Shown here one piece after another: positions 18,230 through 28,317 of a DNA stretch of 64,000 bases. Positions within the stretch are counted from its first letter, which is position 1. Each line of letters begins with the position of its first letter. Source of the stretch: Baekduia sp. (GTDB lineage Bacteria; Actinomycetota; Thermoleophilia; Solirubrobacterales; Solirubrobacteraceae); contig NZ_DATHDY010000046.1 in the NCBI RefSeq assembly GCF_035318805.1, positions 14,321 to 78,320 of the forward strand. Direction: 5' to 3'. Under the pieces are notes generated by a model that was given only the letters and a program-made list of their open reading frames with translations, made no database searches and was not told where the DNA came from. The position numbers and the translations under genes are program-made.

Positions 18230-20410
18230 ATGGTCGTTGACGAGCAGCGGATGGACGAGATCGAACGCCACGCAGACGACCTCGAGGCGCGGCTGGCGCG
18301 CGTCGAGGCCGCCGTGCGGCAACCGGCGAGGGCGACGGCGACGACGACGACGGGCTCACGCTCGCTTGCGGCGGTGCACCCCGACTGGGCGGCGAGCGCG
18401 CCCGCGGGGCCGGTGCCAGCCCACGCCGCGGCCACGGAGCGCCCGACGCCCGCCCCAGCCCCGGAGCGGCCGGTGCCCGCCCCCGCCACGGCGACGGCCC
18501 TCCCTCGCCCCCGCTCCGCGGCCCTCACCGGCGCGTCCCTCGAGGATCTCCTCGGCGGACGCGTGCTCGCATGGGTCGGCGGTGCGGCGCTGCTGCTCGG
18601 CGTCGCGTTCTTCCTGGCCATCGCCGTCTCGCGGGGCTGGCTCGGCGAGGATGCGCGGTGCGTGCTCGCCGCCGCCGGCGCGCTCGGGCTGCTCGCCTTC
18701 GGCGTCCGGCTGCGCGAGCGCGGCGGGCCGGCCGAGGCCGCCCTCGCCGCCGCCGGTGCGGCCATCGGCGCGCTCGACGTGACGATCGTCGTCGCGACCC
18801 GCGCCTACGACCTCTTCCCCGCCACGGCCGGCATCGCCCTCGCCCTGGCGGTCGGCGCCGGCGCGACGGTCCTGGCGATCCGGTGGCGCTCGCAGGCCGT
18901 CGCCGCGCTCGGCATCCTCGGCGGCCTGCTGGCCCCCGCGCTGGCCGGCGCCACCTACGACGGCGCGACGATCGCGCTCCTGCTCGCCTGCGCCGTGCCG
19001 GCCGCGGCGGTCCTGATCGCCCAGCGCTGGGACCGCATCGCGCTCGCCGCGTTCGCCGTCACCGCCCCGCAGCTCGGCCTCTGGCTCGTCCGCGACCCGT
19101 CCTCCGGCGCGGCGCTCGCGGCGCTCGGCGCCTTCGGTGTCCTCACCGTCGTGCAGGCGGTCGGCTTCGAGCTGCGCACCGCCGCGCCCGGGCTGCGGCC
19201 CGCCTCGGCGTTCCTGCTCACGCTCGACGCGCTCTTCCTCGCGGGCGCCGGCAGCGCCGTCGCGCTCGGCCACGACCAGAGTGCCGTCGCGCACCTCTGG
19301 CTCGCCGGCCTGGCCGCCGCCCACCTCGGGGTCGGGATGACGACCGGCCGGGTGCCGCGCGTCTCGCGCGAGCTACGCCTGCTGGCGCTGTCGCTCGGCG
19401 TCGTGCTGGCCGACGTGGCGTTCGCCGCCGCGGTCAGCGGCGTCGCGCTGCCGGTCGGCTACGCCGTCGGCGCGCTCGCGTTCGCGGTCCTGGCCCGCGC
19501 GCTGCCCGAGCGCAAAGCCGACCACCTCTTCGTCCGCGCGGGCCTCGGCGGCCACGTCCTGCTCGCCGCGGCGCACGCCCTGACCGTCGACGCGCCGGCC
19601 GGCGCGCTGATCGGCGGCGGCGCCTCGGTCGACGCGGGCGCGGCCGCCCTGGCGCTGGCCTCGGTCGCGGCCGCGTCGTTCGCCGGCGCACGCGTCGCGA
19701 CGCTGCCGCGCGAGATGCGCGCCGCGCTCGATCTCACCGCGCTCGCCGCCGTCGCATGGCTCTCGGCGATCGTGCTCGCCCCGGTGCCGCTGGCGATCGC
19801 GTGGGCCGCCGAAGGCGCGGCGCTGGCGCTCGTCTGGCGCCGCAGCGGCGAAGCGGTCGCCACCGGCGCGGCATGGGCGCACCTCGCGATGGGGACGAGC
19901 GTGGCGTTGATCCTCGTCGCTCCGCCCAGCGCGATCGTCGACGGCCTCGACGACCCGCTGGGCGCGACCGCGGTGCTCGGCGCCCTCGCGCTCGCCCTGG
20001 CGCGCTGCGCCCGCACCGGCCTGGGCGGACCCGACGAGGACGACGAGCGCATCGTCACCGGCCTGCTGTACGGCGGCGCTGCGCTGACCGTCCTCCTGCT
20101 GGCCTCCGAGCTCGTCGTCACGCCGTTCGACCTCCACGCCGGCCAGGTCGCGCTGTCGGCGCTCTGGGGCGTGACCGGCGCGAGCGCACTCGTGGCCGGC
20201 CTGCGGCTGGACCGCGCGATCGTGCGCCGCGCCGGCCTCGGCCTGCTGCTGGTCACGATCGGCAAGGTCTTCCTCGTCGACCTCGCCACGCTCGACAGCG
20301 CCGCGCGTGCAGGCTCGTTCCTCGCGCTCGGCTTCCTGCTGCTCGGCGCCGCGTTCGCGTGGCAACGCCAGCGCCCCGCGGTCGGCCGCGCGGCGGACGT
20401 GGCGGCCTGA
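18230..20410 (+). CDS. DUF2339-like polytopic membrane protein
   Basis: LEDLLGGRVLAWVGGAALLLGVAFFL; C-terminal KVFLVDLATL; AAGGAG RBS. Confidence 0.8.
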   Translation: MVVDEQRMDEIERHADDLEARLARVEAAVRQPARATATTTTGSRSLAAVHPDWAASAPAGPVPAHAAATERPTPAPAPERPVPAPATATALPRPRSAALTGASLEDLLGGRVLAWVGGAALLLGVAFFLAIAVSRGWLGEDARCVLAAAGALGLLAFGVRLRERGGPAEAALAAAGAAIGALDVTIVVATRAYDLFPATAGIALALAVGAGATVLAIRWRSQAVAALGILGGLLAPALAGATYDGATIALLLACAVPAAAVLIAQRWDRIALAAFAVTAPQLGLWLVRDPSSGAALAALGAFGVLTVVQAVGFELRTAAPGLRPASAFLLTLDALFLAGAGSAVALGHDQSAVAHLWLAGLAAAHLGVGMTTGRVPRVSRELRLLALSLGVVLADVAFAAAVSGVALPVGYAVGALAFAVLARALPERKADHLFVRAGLGGHVLLAAAHALTVDAPAGALIGGGASVDAGAAALALASVAAASFAGARVATLPREMRAALDLTALAAVAWLSAIVLAPVPLAIAWAAEGAALALVWRRSGEAVATGAAWAHLAMGTSVALILVAPPSAIVDGLDDPLGATAVLGALALALARCARTGLGGPDEDDERIVTGLLYGGAALTVLLLASELVVTPFDLHAGQVALSALWGVTGASALVAGLRLDRAIVRRAGLGLLLVTIGKVFLVDLATLDSAARAGSFLALGFLLLGAAFAWQRQRPAVGRAADVAA

Positions 20411-20461
20411 GCGACGGTTCCGCGACCCGCGGCGAGCGGACCGGGCAGACTCCGCACCTCG

Positions 20462-22117
20462 ATGCGGTTCCGCCACATCCTGCTCGCCGTCGCCGCGGGC
20501 CTTGCGCTCGCCGACGCCTCGGTCGTCACGCTGGCCCTGCCCGAGCTGCTGCGGGAGCTCAACACATCGGTCGAGGGCGTGGCCGCGGTGCTGATCGTCT
20601 ACGCCGCCGTGATCGTCGTGGCGCTGATCCCCGCCGAGCTGCTCCAGCGCCGGCTCGGCGCGCCGCGGATGGCCGCGGCCGGGCTGATGCTGTTTGCGGC
20701 GGCGTCGCTGGTCTGCAGCGTCAGCGGCTCGCTCGGCATGCTGCTGGCCGCGCGCGCCGTCCAGGCGGCCGGCGGCGCCGCCGCGCTCGTGGCGGCGTTC
20801 GGCCTGCTCGAGCCGCAGGGCGCGGCCGGCGCGCGCGGACGCCGGCTCTGGCTCGGCACCGCGGTGCTCGCCGCGGCGGTCGGACCGGCGCTCGGCGGAG
20901 CGCTGACCGAGGCGCTGTCCTGGCGCGCCATCTTCTACGTGCAGGCGCCGGTCGCGGCGCTCGCGGCGCTGGCCGCCTGGCAGGAGCCCCGCCCCGCGCC
21001 CGTGCCCGCGGTCGACCCCGCCGACGCGCCCCGCACGCAACCCGGCCCTGCGATCGCGCTGGCGCTCGTCTCCGCCGCGCTCACCTCCGTCCTGTTCCTC
21101 CTGGTCCTGCTGCTCGTCGCGGGCTGGGACGTGTCGCCGCTGCGCGCGGCCGTCGCGGTGAGCGTGATCCCAGCCGGCGCCCTGGTCGGCTCGCGGATCC
21201 CCGGAGCGCCGCGCGCTCGCGCGGCGGCGGGCTGCGCGCTGGTCGGCGCCGGCGTGCTCGCGCTCGCCTTCCTGCCGGACGCGCGGCTGCTGTGGACCGT
21301 CCTGCCGCAGGCGGCCGCCGGCCTCGGCATGGGGTTGGCGCTGCCCGCCCTCGGCGGCGACCTGCTGCCCGAGCGCGACGCGCGCGACGCGTCGCGCCTG
21401 CTGACGCTGCGCCACGTCGGCATCGTCGCCGCGCTGCTGATCCTGGCGCCGATCGTCAGCGCCCAGCTGGCCTCGTCGACCGACCGGGCGCGGGAGCGCG
21501 GCGTCGCCGTGGTCCTCGACGCGCGGCTGCCGCCCGCCGACAAGATCCGCCTGGCGCCCAGCCTGCTCGCCGGCGTGGAGGACGACCAGCCGCGCGCGGG
21601 GCTGCGCAGCGCGCTCGCCGCGGGCCGGACGCAGATCGCCGCCGCGGACCGCCCGGCCTACGCCGACCTCGCCACGCGCGCCGACGACACGCTGGTGCTC
21701 GCCGTCGGCGAGGCGTTTCGCACCGCGTTCCTGGTGACCGGCGCGCTGGCGCTGCTCGCCGCGCTCGCGGTCCTCCCCCGTCGCCGGCCGAGCCGGCCGC
21801 AGGCCCTGGCGCTCGCGGCGGCGACCGCGGTGATCCTCCCGCTGGGCTACCTCGGCCTGCACGCCGCGGTCGCGCCGAAGCCCGTCGCGCTGCGCGATCC
21901 GTGCCGGCCGCGGGCGCTCCCGCACACCGGCGGCCTGCTCGGCGCCGCGCAGGACGCGGTGCTGTCGACGCTCGACACCACGGCGTGCCGTGCCGGGTCG
22001 ACCCGCGAGGAGCTCGTCCTCGCGCTGGCCGACGAGCGCGACCGCCGCCGGTTCGAGCAGGAGCACGGAGTCGATCCGCGCAGCCTCTCGAACGTCCTTC
22101 AGGCCCTCCTGGGCTGA
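20462..22117 (+). CDS. MFS-like transporter with C-terminal extension
   Basis: ADASVVTLALP, ARAVQAAGGA, GPALGGAL..WRAIF. Confidence 0.8.
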   Translation: MRFRHILLAVAAGLALADASVVTLALPELLRELNTSVEGVAAVLIVYAAVIVVALIPAELLQRRLGAPRMAAAGLMLFAAASLVCSVSGSLGMLLAARAVQAAGGAAALVAAFGLLEPQGAAGARGRRLWLGTAVLAAAVGPALGGALTEALSWRAIFYVQAPVAALAALAAWQEPRPAPVPAVDPADAPRTQPGPAIALALVSAALTSVLFLLVLLLVAGWDVSPLRAAVAVSVIPAGALVGSRIPGAPRARAAAGCALVGAGVLALAFLPDARLLWTVLPQAAAGLGMGLALPALGGDLLPERDARDASRLLTLRHVGIVAALLILAPIVSAQLASSTDRARERGVAVVLDARLPPADKIRLAPSLLAGVEDDQPRAGLRSALAAGRTQIAAADRPAYADLATRADDTLVLAVGEAFRTAFLVTGALALLAALAVLPRRRPSRPQALALAAATAVILPLGYLGLHAAVAPKPVALRDPCRPRALPHTGGLLGAAQDAVLSTLDTTACRAGSTREELVLALADERDRRRFEQEHGVDPRSLSNVLQALLG

Positions 22118-22163
22118 GCCCGAGGCCCAGCCCGCCGCGGCGTGCCGCCGCGTCGCCGCCGAG

Positions 22164-22877
22164 CTACAGAAGCTCGGGCAGCGCCTCCTGCGGGTCTCCG
22201 TGCAGCAGCCAGCCGGTGTCGGTCCGCTCCACGAGGCCGCGGCGCGTGAGCACGCCGAGGGCCGTGGTGACCGAGGGCCGGCGGGCGCCGACGAGCTTGC
22301 CGATCGTCTCGTGCGTCAGCGCGAGCGGCACCCGCACGCCCTGCGGGGACACGCGGCCCCAGCGGTCGGCGAGCAGCCAGAGGAGCACGAGCACGCGAGC
22401 GTCGACGCGGGGCACCTGGGCGATGGCGCGCTGCACCGAGAGCGAGCGCGAGCGGCGCACGGTCCGGCCGATGAGCGTGTCGAGCATCGTCGGCCATCGG
22501 CCCGCCACGGCGGCGAAGCGCCGGTCGAGCACGGCGACGCGCGCGGGCTCGAGCACGGCCCAGGAGACGCTGCCGGGCAGCGGGTCCAGGGAGGCCTCGT
22601 CATCCCAGGGGCGGATGATGTCGCCCTGGCCGAGCAGCTCGGTCGTCGACCGACCGGCGAGCTCGACGTCACGGGTGATCAGCCCGTCGAGGACCAGCAG
22701 GCCCACGGCAGGAGCGGCACTCTCGCCATTGGGCGAGGGGAACTCGAAGGGACCGGTCGGCAGAGCATGCACCGCCGCGACGGCGTGCCTCCGGGCGAGA
22801 TCTCTTGCATCCCCGCTGAGTCCCGCTCCCAATTCGGGATCGGCATCGAGGATCGAGATCAGTGGACGTTGGGTCAT
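22164..22877 (-). CDS. Crp/Fnr family regulator
   Basis: ELLGQGD; HTH LTHETIGKLVGARRPSVTTAL. Confidence 0.88.
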   Translation of the reverse strand: MTQRPLISILDADPELGAGLSGDARDLARRHAVAAVHALPTGPFEFPSPNGESAAPAVGLLVLDGLITRDVELAGRSTTELLGQGDIIRPWDDEASLDPLPGSVSWAVLEPARVAVLDRRFAAVAGRWPTMLDTLIGRTVRRSRSLSVQRAIAQVPRVDARVLVLLWLLADRWGRVSPQGVRVPLALTHETIGKLVGARRPSVTTALGVLTRRGLVERTDTGWLLHGDPQEALPELL

Positions 22878-23102
22878 TGTCTGACTGGACACCAGACTCT
22901 CGGGTTTCCCCGTCTGACCGGAGACAAACACCGGCGATCGACGGATAGCTCCATTGTCGGGTCGGATCGACCGGAAAATCGTCCGACGTGATCCGATTTC
23001 CGGTGCTCACCGATCGCTGTCACCCAGCAGACACCATCGACGGCGGCCGGTCAAGCGCCAACCACGCTACCGCGCCGCCCTTGGCGGGTAGCCGGGAATC
23101 CG

Positions 23103-23684
23103 ATGGCCGACCTCGACCCTGGCACCATGGAGGGCCCCATGGACTCGCTGCAGGGACAGCTGCTGGTCGCCTCGCCGACGCTGACGGACCCGAACTTCGC
23201 CCGGGCCGTCGTCGCGATCGCCAACCACGACGAGGATGGCGCGCTCGGGATCGTCCTCAACCGCCCCAGCGAGACGGAGGTCGCCGAGGCCGTGCCGGAG
23301 CTGGAGGACGTGGTCGACAGCGCCGAGGTCGTCTTCGTCGGCGGTCCGGTCCAGCCGGCGTCGATCGTCGTGCTCGCCGAGTTCGAGAACCCGGCCGAGG
23401 CGGCCTTCCTCGTGGTCGGCGGCATCGGCCTGGTATCCGAGCGCACCGGCCTGGAGCGCCTCGACATCGTCACCGCGCGCCGCCGCGTCTTCGCCGGCTA
23501 CGCGGGCTGGGGCCCCGGCCAGCTGGAGGCCGAGCTGGAGCGCGAGGACTGGATCGTCGACCCCGCGCACCCCGAGGACGTCTTCGCGGCCGAACCCGTC
23601 GACCTGTGGGGCCGGGTGCTCGACCGCAAGGGCGGCCAGTTCCGGCTGCTGGCGCGCATGCCGACGGATCCGTCGGTCAACTAG
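23103..23684 (+). CDS. YqgE/AlgH (DUF179) family protein
   Basis: DPNFARAVV, GIVLNRP, GGPV, GYAGWGPGQLEAE. Confidence 0.92.
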   Translation: MADLDPGTMEGPMDSLQGQLLVASPTLTDPNFARAVVAIANHDEDGALGIVLNRPSETEVAEAVPELEDVVDSAEVVFVGGPVQPASIVVLAEFENPAEAAFLVVGGIGLVSERTGLERLDIVTARRRVFAGYAGWGPGQLEAELEREDWIVDPAHPEDVFAAEPVDLWGRVLDRKGGQFRLLARMPTDPSVN

Positions 23685-23696
23685 CGCGCCCACCCG

Positions 23697-23873
23697 TTAC
23701 GCCAGCAGCGCGAGCAGCACCACCACGACGATCCCGAGGCCGATGAGGCCGAAGACGATCGTCTGCGCCGGCCAGTTGCGCAGCCAATGGCTCGGGTCGG
23801 ACCGGTCTCTGGTGATATGTCCCTCGGGAGGGGTCCCGACCCAGTCGTCGTCATCGTCTCGGCGTGCGCCCAT
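23697..23873 (-). CDS. 58-aa membrane protein (not in ORF track)
   Basis: MGARRDDDDDWVGTPPEGH...FGLIGLGIVVVVLLALLA*. Confidence 0.6.
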   Translation of the reverse strand: MGARRDDDDDWVGTPPEGHITRDRSDPSHWLRNWPAQTIVFGLIGLGIVVVVLLALLA

Positions 23874-23903
23874 GGGCCAGTGTTACCCGCTAGCGTCCGC
23901 CGC

Positions 23904-25238
23904 GTGGCGAAGAAGAAGCCCGCGCGCCCGGCGCGCCCGCAGAAGAGCGCCGAGCCCACGACCGCGCAGTTGCGGCAGGAGTACTACGCGCGCCGCGCCG
24001 CCGAGCAGGCCCTCGAGGAGCTCGGGCTGCGCCTCGACGAGCGACCAGCGCCGAAGGGCGATGCCAACTGGTGGTCGGAGGCCCAGGCCGGGCTCGACCG
24101 CCTCGAGATCATGCACGCCGTCTGGCGCTTCACCGGCCTGACGGGCTACGCGCCCGAGCCCGAGGACTTCGATCCCGACCAGGGGTGGCCGACCCCGAGC
24201 GAGGTCGAGGCGGTCTTCGGCTCGTGGGACAAGATGCTCGACGAGTCGGGCATCGACGAGGCGATCTTCGGCGTCGTCGTCGAGAAGGCGCTCGCCGCGC
24301 ACGAGAAGCTCGGCGCCCGCGAGAAGGAGCTCGAGCAGCAGGCGCGCAAGCTCGAGGACGAGGGCCGCAAGATCCCGGAGCTCAAGCGCCGCGAGGAGGT
24401 CGCGCGCGCCAAGCGCGACGAGGCCGACACCGCGCGCCAGGAGGCCGAGGCCGCCCGCGATGCCATCGGCCGCGAGCGCGACGCGCTCGCCGCCCGGATC
24501 GCCGACCTGCAGGCGGAGGCCGACGGCCTGCGCGCCGCGGCCGCCGCCAGCGCCGACGCGCGGGCGGGCGGGGCAGAGCTCGAGCTGCTGGAGGAGATGG
24601 AGCGCGCGCTGGCCGACCAGGCCGCCACCCAGCAGGCGCGCGACGAGCTGCACGACCGCATGGAGCGGCTGCGCGCCGAGCGCGAGCAGGACCGCCGCAC
24701 GATCGCCGAGCTGACCCAGCTGCTGGCGCGCGTCGACGCCGAGGTCGGCACCGCCGCCGTCGATGCCGAGCCCGAGACGCCGCCGGCCACGGTCCTGGAG
24801 GCCGTCGAGCGCGCCGCCGCCGAGGCCAAGCACCTGCGCTTCGCGCCCAAGGCGTTCGAGACCGCCGCCGACTCGCCGTTCCGCCGGCCCGGGCTGGTGC
24901 TGCGCACGCTGCGCAACCTCGACGAGCTGGCCGGCCGCTACGCCACCGGCGACATGGGCAAGTCGCTCGGCCAGGCCGCCGCCGAGCACGGCATCACGCA
25001 GTGGAAGCCCGACATCGCCGAGACGACCCGCAAGCGCTACGAGGACGACTACTCGTTCGCGCTGGAGGGCTCCTCGCGCAAGCTCTGGGTCGGCCCGCAC
25101 ATCGGCCTCGGGTCCGGGTCCGGCGCGCAGTTCATCGCCCGCGTCTACCTTCATGTGAGCGACGGCTCCGATCCGGAGGTGCCGCGAGGCATCGTCGTCG
25201 CCGTCGTCGGCCGCCATCTGCCCGACACCACCACCTGA
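23904..25238 (+). CDS. Hypothetical protein: N-terminal FGSW repeat-like domain, coiled coil, C-terminal putative nuclease-like domain
   Basis: PTPSEVEAVFGSWDKMLDESG; long heptad region; PHIGLG..ARVYLHV..VVGRHL. Confidence 0.75.
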   Translation: MAKKKPARPARPQKSAEPTTAQLRQEYYARRAAEQALEELGLRLDERPAPKGDANWWSEAQAGLDRLEIMHAVWRFTGLTGYAPEPEDFDPDQGWPTPSEVEAVFGSWDKMLDESGIDEAIFGVVVEKALAAHEKLGAREKELEQQARKLEDEGRKIPELKRREEVARAKRDEADTARQEAEAARDAIGRERDALAARIADLQAEADGLRAAAAASADARAGGAELELLEEMERALADQAATQQARDELHDRMERLRAEREQDRRTIAELTQLLARVDAEVGTAAVDAEPETPPATVLEAVERAAAEAKHLRFAPKAFETAADSPFRRPGLVLRTLRNLDELAGRYATGDMGKSLGQAAAEHGITQWKPDIAETTRKRYEDDYSFALEGSSRKLWVGPHIGLGSGSGAQFIARVYLHVSDGSDPEVPRGIVVAVVGRHLPDTTT

Positions 25239-25251
25239 ACCGCTGAGGCCC

Positions 25252-25923
25252 ATGACCACCCGCGACATCGCCCACGTCGTCGAGGACGAGCTCAAGCCGC
25301 TGCTGCGCGGCGTGACCCATGCGTACACCTTCTGGGTGGCGCTGGCGGCGGCGATCGCGCTCGCCGTGCTGGCCCCGGCGGGGACGCCGCGCGCGGCGTC
25401 GATCGTCTACGGCGCCGGCCTCTGCGCGCTGTTCGCGGCCTCGGGCAGCTACCACCGCTGGCGTTGGGACCCGCGCTGGCGCCCGCTCCTGCGCCGCATC
25501 GACCACAGCACGATCTTCGTGTTCATCGCGGCGTCCTACACGCCCGTCGCGCTGCTGGTGATGCACGGCACGCTGCGGTGGGTGATCCTGGCCGCGGTGT
25601 GGACAGGGGCGCTCGGCGGCGTGATCCTGAGCGTCGCGTGGATCACCGCGCCCCGTGTCCTGAGCGCCGCGTGCTACCTCGCGCTGGGCTGGGTGTCGGT
25701 CTTCGCGCTGCCGCAGATGATCGAGCACCTCGACCTGACGCCGCTGATCCTGCTCGGTGCGGGCGGCGTGCTCTACACGATCGGCGCGGTCGTCTACGCG
25801 ACGAAGCGGCCGAACCCGTGGCCGACGACGTTCGGCTTCCACGAGGTCTTCCACGCGCTGGTCATCGCGGCGGCCGCGGTGCAGTTCGTGGCGATGGCGG
25901 GCTGGGTCTTCCCGAGCGCCTGA
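25252..25923 (+). CDS. Hemolysin III/PAQR membrane protein
   Basis: KPLLRG, RRIDHSTIF, FGFHEVFHALV. Confidence 0.92.
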   Translation: MTTRDIAHVVEDELKPLLRGVTHAYTFWVALAAAIALAVLAPAGTPRAASIVYGAGLCALFAASGSYHRWRWDPRWRPLLRRIDHSTIFVFIAASYTPVALLVMHGTLRWVILAAVWTGALGGVILSVAWITAPRVLSAACYLALGWVSVFALPQMIEHLDLTPLILLGAGGVLYTIGAVVYATKRPNPWPTTFGFHEVFHALVIAAAAVQFVAMAGWVFPSA

Positions 25924-25977
25924 CCGGCGCGACGTCGACTGAACGTATCCGTTCCTACTTCGTGGTAGCTTTGGTCC

Positions 25978-27240
25978 ATGGCCAGCACCGCCGAGACCAC
26001 GCAGGACACCGCCGAGACGCCCGCCGAGCCGGCGTTCTCCCTCGCTCTCACCCAGGAGCAGAAGGACGTTCGCGACTGGGTCCACGGATTCTCCGAGGGC
26101 GTCGTCCGCCCCGCCGCCCACGAGTGGGACGAGCGCGAGGAGACGCCGTGGCCGGTCATCCAGGAGGCCGCCAAGATCGGGCTCTACGGCTTCGAGTCGC
26201 TGCAGCAGTTCGCGGCCGACCCGTCCGGGCTGACGATGCCGCTCGTCCAGGAGGAGCTCTTCTGGGGCGACGCCGGCATCGGCATGGCGATCATGGGCAC
26301 CGGCCTCGCCGCCGCCGCGATCGCCGGCCAGGGCTCCTGGGATCAGGTCATGGAGTGGATCCCGCAGTGCTACGGCACGCCCGAGGACGTCAAGGTCGCC
26401 GCGTTCTGCGCCTCGGAGCCCAACGCCGGCTCCGACGTCTCGAACATCCGCACGACGGCCAAGTACGACGCGGCCTCCGACACGTGGGTCCTCAACGGTC
26501 AGAAGGCGTGGGCCACCAACGGCGGCATCGCCGACATCCACGTGGTGATCGCCCAGACCGACCGGGAGCTCGGCTCCCGCGGCCACGCCGCGTTCATCGT
26601 GCCGATCGCGACCGAGGGCATCGAGCAGGGCTCCAAGGTCAAGAAGCACGGCCTGCGCGCGTCGCACACCGCGGACGTCCACCTCGACGACTGCCGCATC
26701 CCCGGCGCCAACCTGCTCGGCGGCAAGGACAAGCTCGACGAGCGCCTCGCCCGCGTCCGCGAGGGCAAGAAGGGCAAGACCCAGGCCGCGATGCAGACGT
26801 TCGAGGCCACGCGCCCCGTCGTCGGCGCGCAGGCGCTCGGCATCGCCCGCGCCGCGTACGAGTACTCCCAGGACTACGCCAAGGAGCGCGAGCAGTTCGG
26901 CAAGAAGATCATCGAGAACCAGGCGATCGCGTTCGCCCTGGCCAACATGAAGATGGAGATCGACGCCGCCCGCCTGCTGGTGTGGCGCGCCTCCTGGATG
27001 GCCCGCAACGGCATCCCGTTCGAGAACGCCGAGGGCTCGATGAGCAAGCTGAAGGCCGGTGAGGTCGCCGTCTGGGCCACCGAGCGCGCCATCCAGATCA
27101 TGGGCGGCAACGGCTACACGCGCGAGTTCCCGGTGGAGCGCTGGCACCGCGACTCGAAGATCTACACGATCTTCGAGGGCACGAGCGAGATGCAGCAGCT
27201 GGTCATCGCCCGTGCCATCTCCGGGATGCGGATCTCCTAG
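25978..27240 (+). CDS. Acyl-CoA dehydrogenase
   Basis: SEPNAGSD, LNGQKAWATNG, QIMGGNGY, IFEGTSEMQ. Confidence 0.95.
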   Translation: MASTAETTQDTAETPAEPAFSLALTQEQKDVRDWVHGFSEGVVRPAAHEWDEREETPWPVIQEAAKIGLYGFESLQQFAADPSGLTMPLVQEELFWGDAGIGMAIMGTGLAAAAIAGQGSWDQVMEWIPQCYGTPEDVKVAAFCASEPNAGSDVSNIRTTAKYDAASDTWVLNGQKAWATNGGIADIHVVIAQTDRELGSRGHAAFIVPIATEGIEQGSKVKKHGLRASHTADVHLDDCRIPGANLLGGKDKLDERLARVREGKKGKTQAAMQTFEATRPVVGAQALGIARAAYEYSQDYAKEREQFGKKIIENQAIAFALANMKMEIDAARLLVWRASWMARNGIPFENAEGSMSKLKAGEVAVWATERAIQIMGGNGYTREFPVERWHRDSKIYTIFEGTSEMQQLVIARAISGMRIS

Positions 27241-27244
27241 GACC

Positions 27245-27835
27245 ATGGGCCGAGCGCGGGCGGCGCATCTGGGACCCGAGCTGCGCCGCCCGCTCGTCCT
27301 GGACGCCGCCCTTCCGCTGTTTGCGACCGACGGCTACGACGCCGTCTCGATGCAGGCCATCGCCGACGCGGCGGGCGTCTCCAAGCCGGTGCTGTACTCG
27401 TGCTTCTCCTCGAAGGAGGAGCTGTTCGAGGAGCTGATGCGCCGCGAGGAGCGCAAGCTGTGGCACCTGGTCGAGGACTCGGTCCCGGCGCCCGGCGCAC
27501 CCGGCGACAAGGAGGACCTGCTCCGCTACGGCCTGACCGGCCTGCTGCGCGCGGTCGTGGCGGCCCCCGACGCGTTCCGCGTCATCTACCTCCAGCGCCA
27601 CGGCGAGAACCGCATCGAGCGCGGTCGCGAGCACTGGGAGCAGCGCATGGCGGAGGTGCTCGCCGCCTGGACGAAGCTCCCCGATCGCGAGACCGCGCTG
27701 CTCGGCCGCATGCTCGTGGCCTTGGCCGAGCTCGGCTTCCGCGTCCAGCTCGAGGAGCCCGGCCAGTGGCAGCCCGACGCGCTGGCGGCCTACCTCGCCC
27801 GCGTGGTCGTCCGCGGGATCCCGAAGAGCGACTAG
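27245..27835 (+). CDS. TetR regulator
   Basis: SMQAIADAAGVSKPVLYSCFSSK. Confidence 0.9.
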   Translation: MGRARAAHLGPELRRPLVLDAALPLFATDGYDAVSMQAIADAAGVSKPVLYSCFSSKEELFEELMRREERKLWHLVEDSVPAPGAPGDKEDLLRYGLTGLLRAVVAAPDAFRVIYLQRHGENRIERGREHWEQRMAEVLAAWTKLPDRETALLGRMLVALAELGFRVQLEEPGQWQPDALAAYLARVVVRGIPKSD

Positions 27836-28248
27836 TCGCCGAGCGCGTCGCGGATGCGGAGTGCGACGGCGTCGCGCTCGGCGTCGTCGTCGTACGTCGT
27901 CCGCGGCCAGAAGAACCCGCGCAGCCCGTCCTTGAAGTTGCGCGGGACGACGTGGGTGTGCAGGTGCGCGACCGACTGGCTGACGACGTTGTTCATCGCC
28001 ACGAACGTGCTGGCGGCCTCCATCGCCTGCGGGACCGCGATGCTGAGGCGCTGCACGACCGTGAAGTACGGCCCGACCGCGGCGGGCGGGAGATCGGCCA
28101 GGGTGACGACGTGCGTGCGCGGCACGAGCAGCGTGTGACCGGCGAACAGCGGGCGCGCGTCGAGGAAGCCGACGTGATCGTCGTCCTCGTAGACGACGGC
28201 CGCGGGCACCTCGCCGGCGACGATCTGGCAGAAGATGCACGGCTTCAC
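27832..28248 (-). CDS. HIT family hydrolase
   Basis: CIFCQI; HLHTH triad. Confidence 0.93.
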   Translation of the reverse strand: MKPCIFCQIVAGEVPAAVVYEDDDHVGFLDARPLFAGHTLLVPRTHVVTLADLPPAAVGPYFTVVQRLSIAVPQAMEAASTFVAMNNVVSQSVAHLHTHVVPRNFKDGLRGFFWPRTTYDDDAERDAVALRIRDALGD

Positions 28249-28317
28249 GGCGCGGAGCCTACGCAGGACCGGCGCACGCAGGGCGCGCGCGCCGGTCGAC
28301 GCAGCCCGGGCGGCCGG

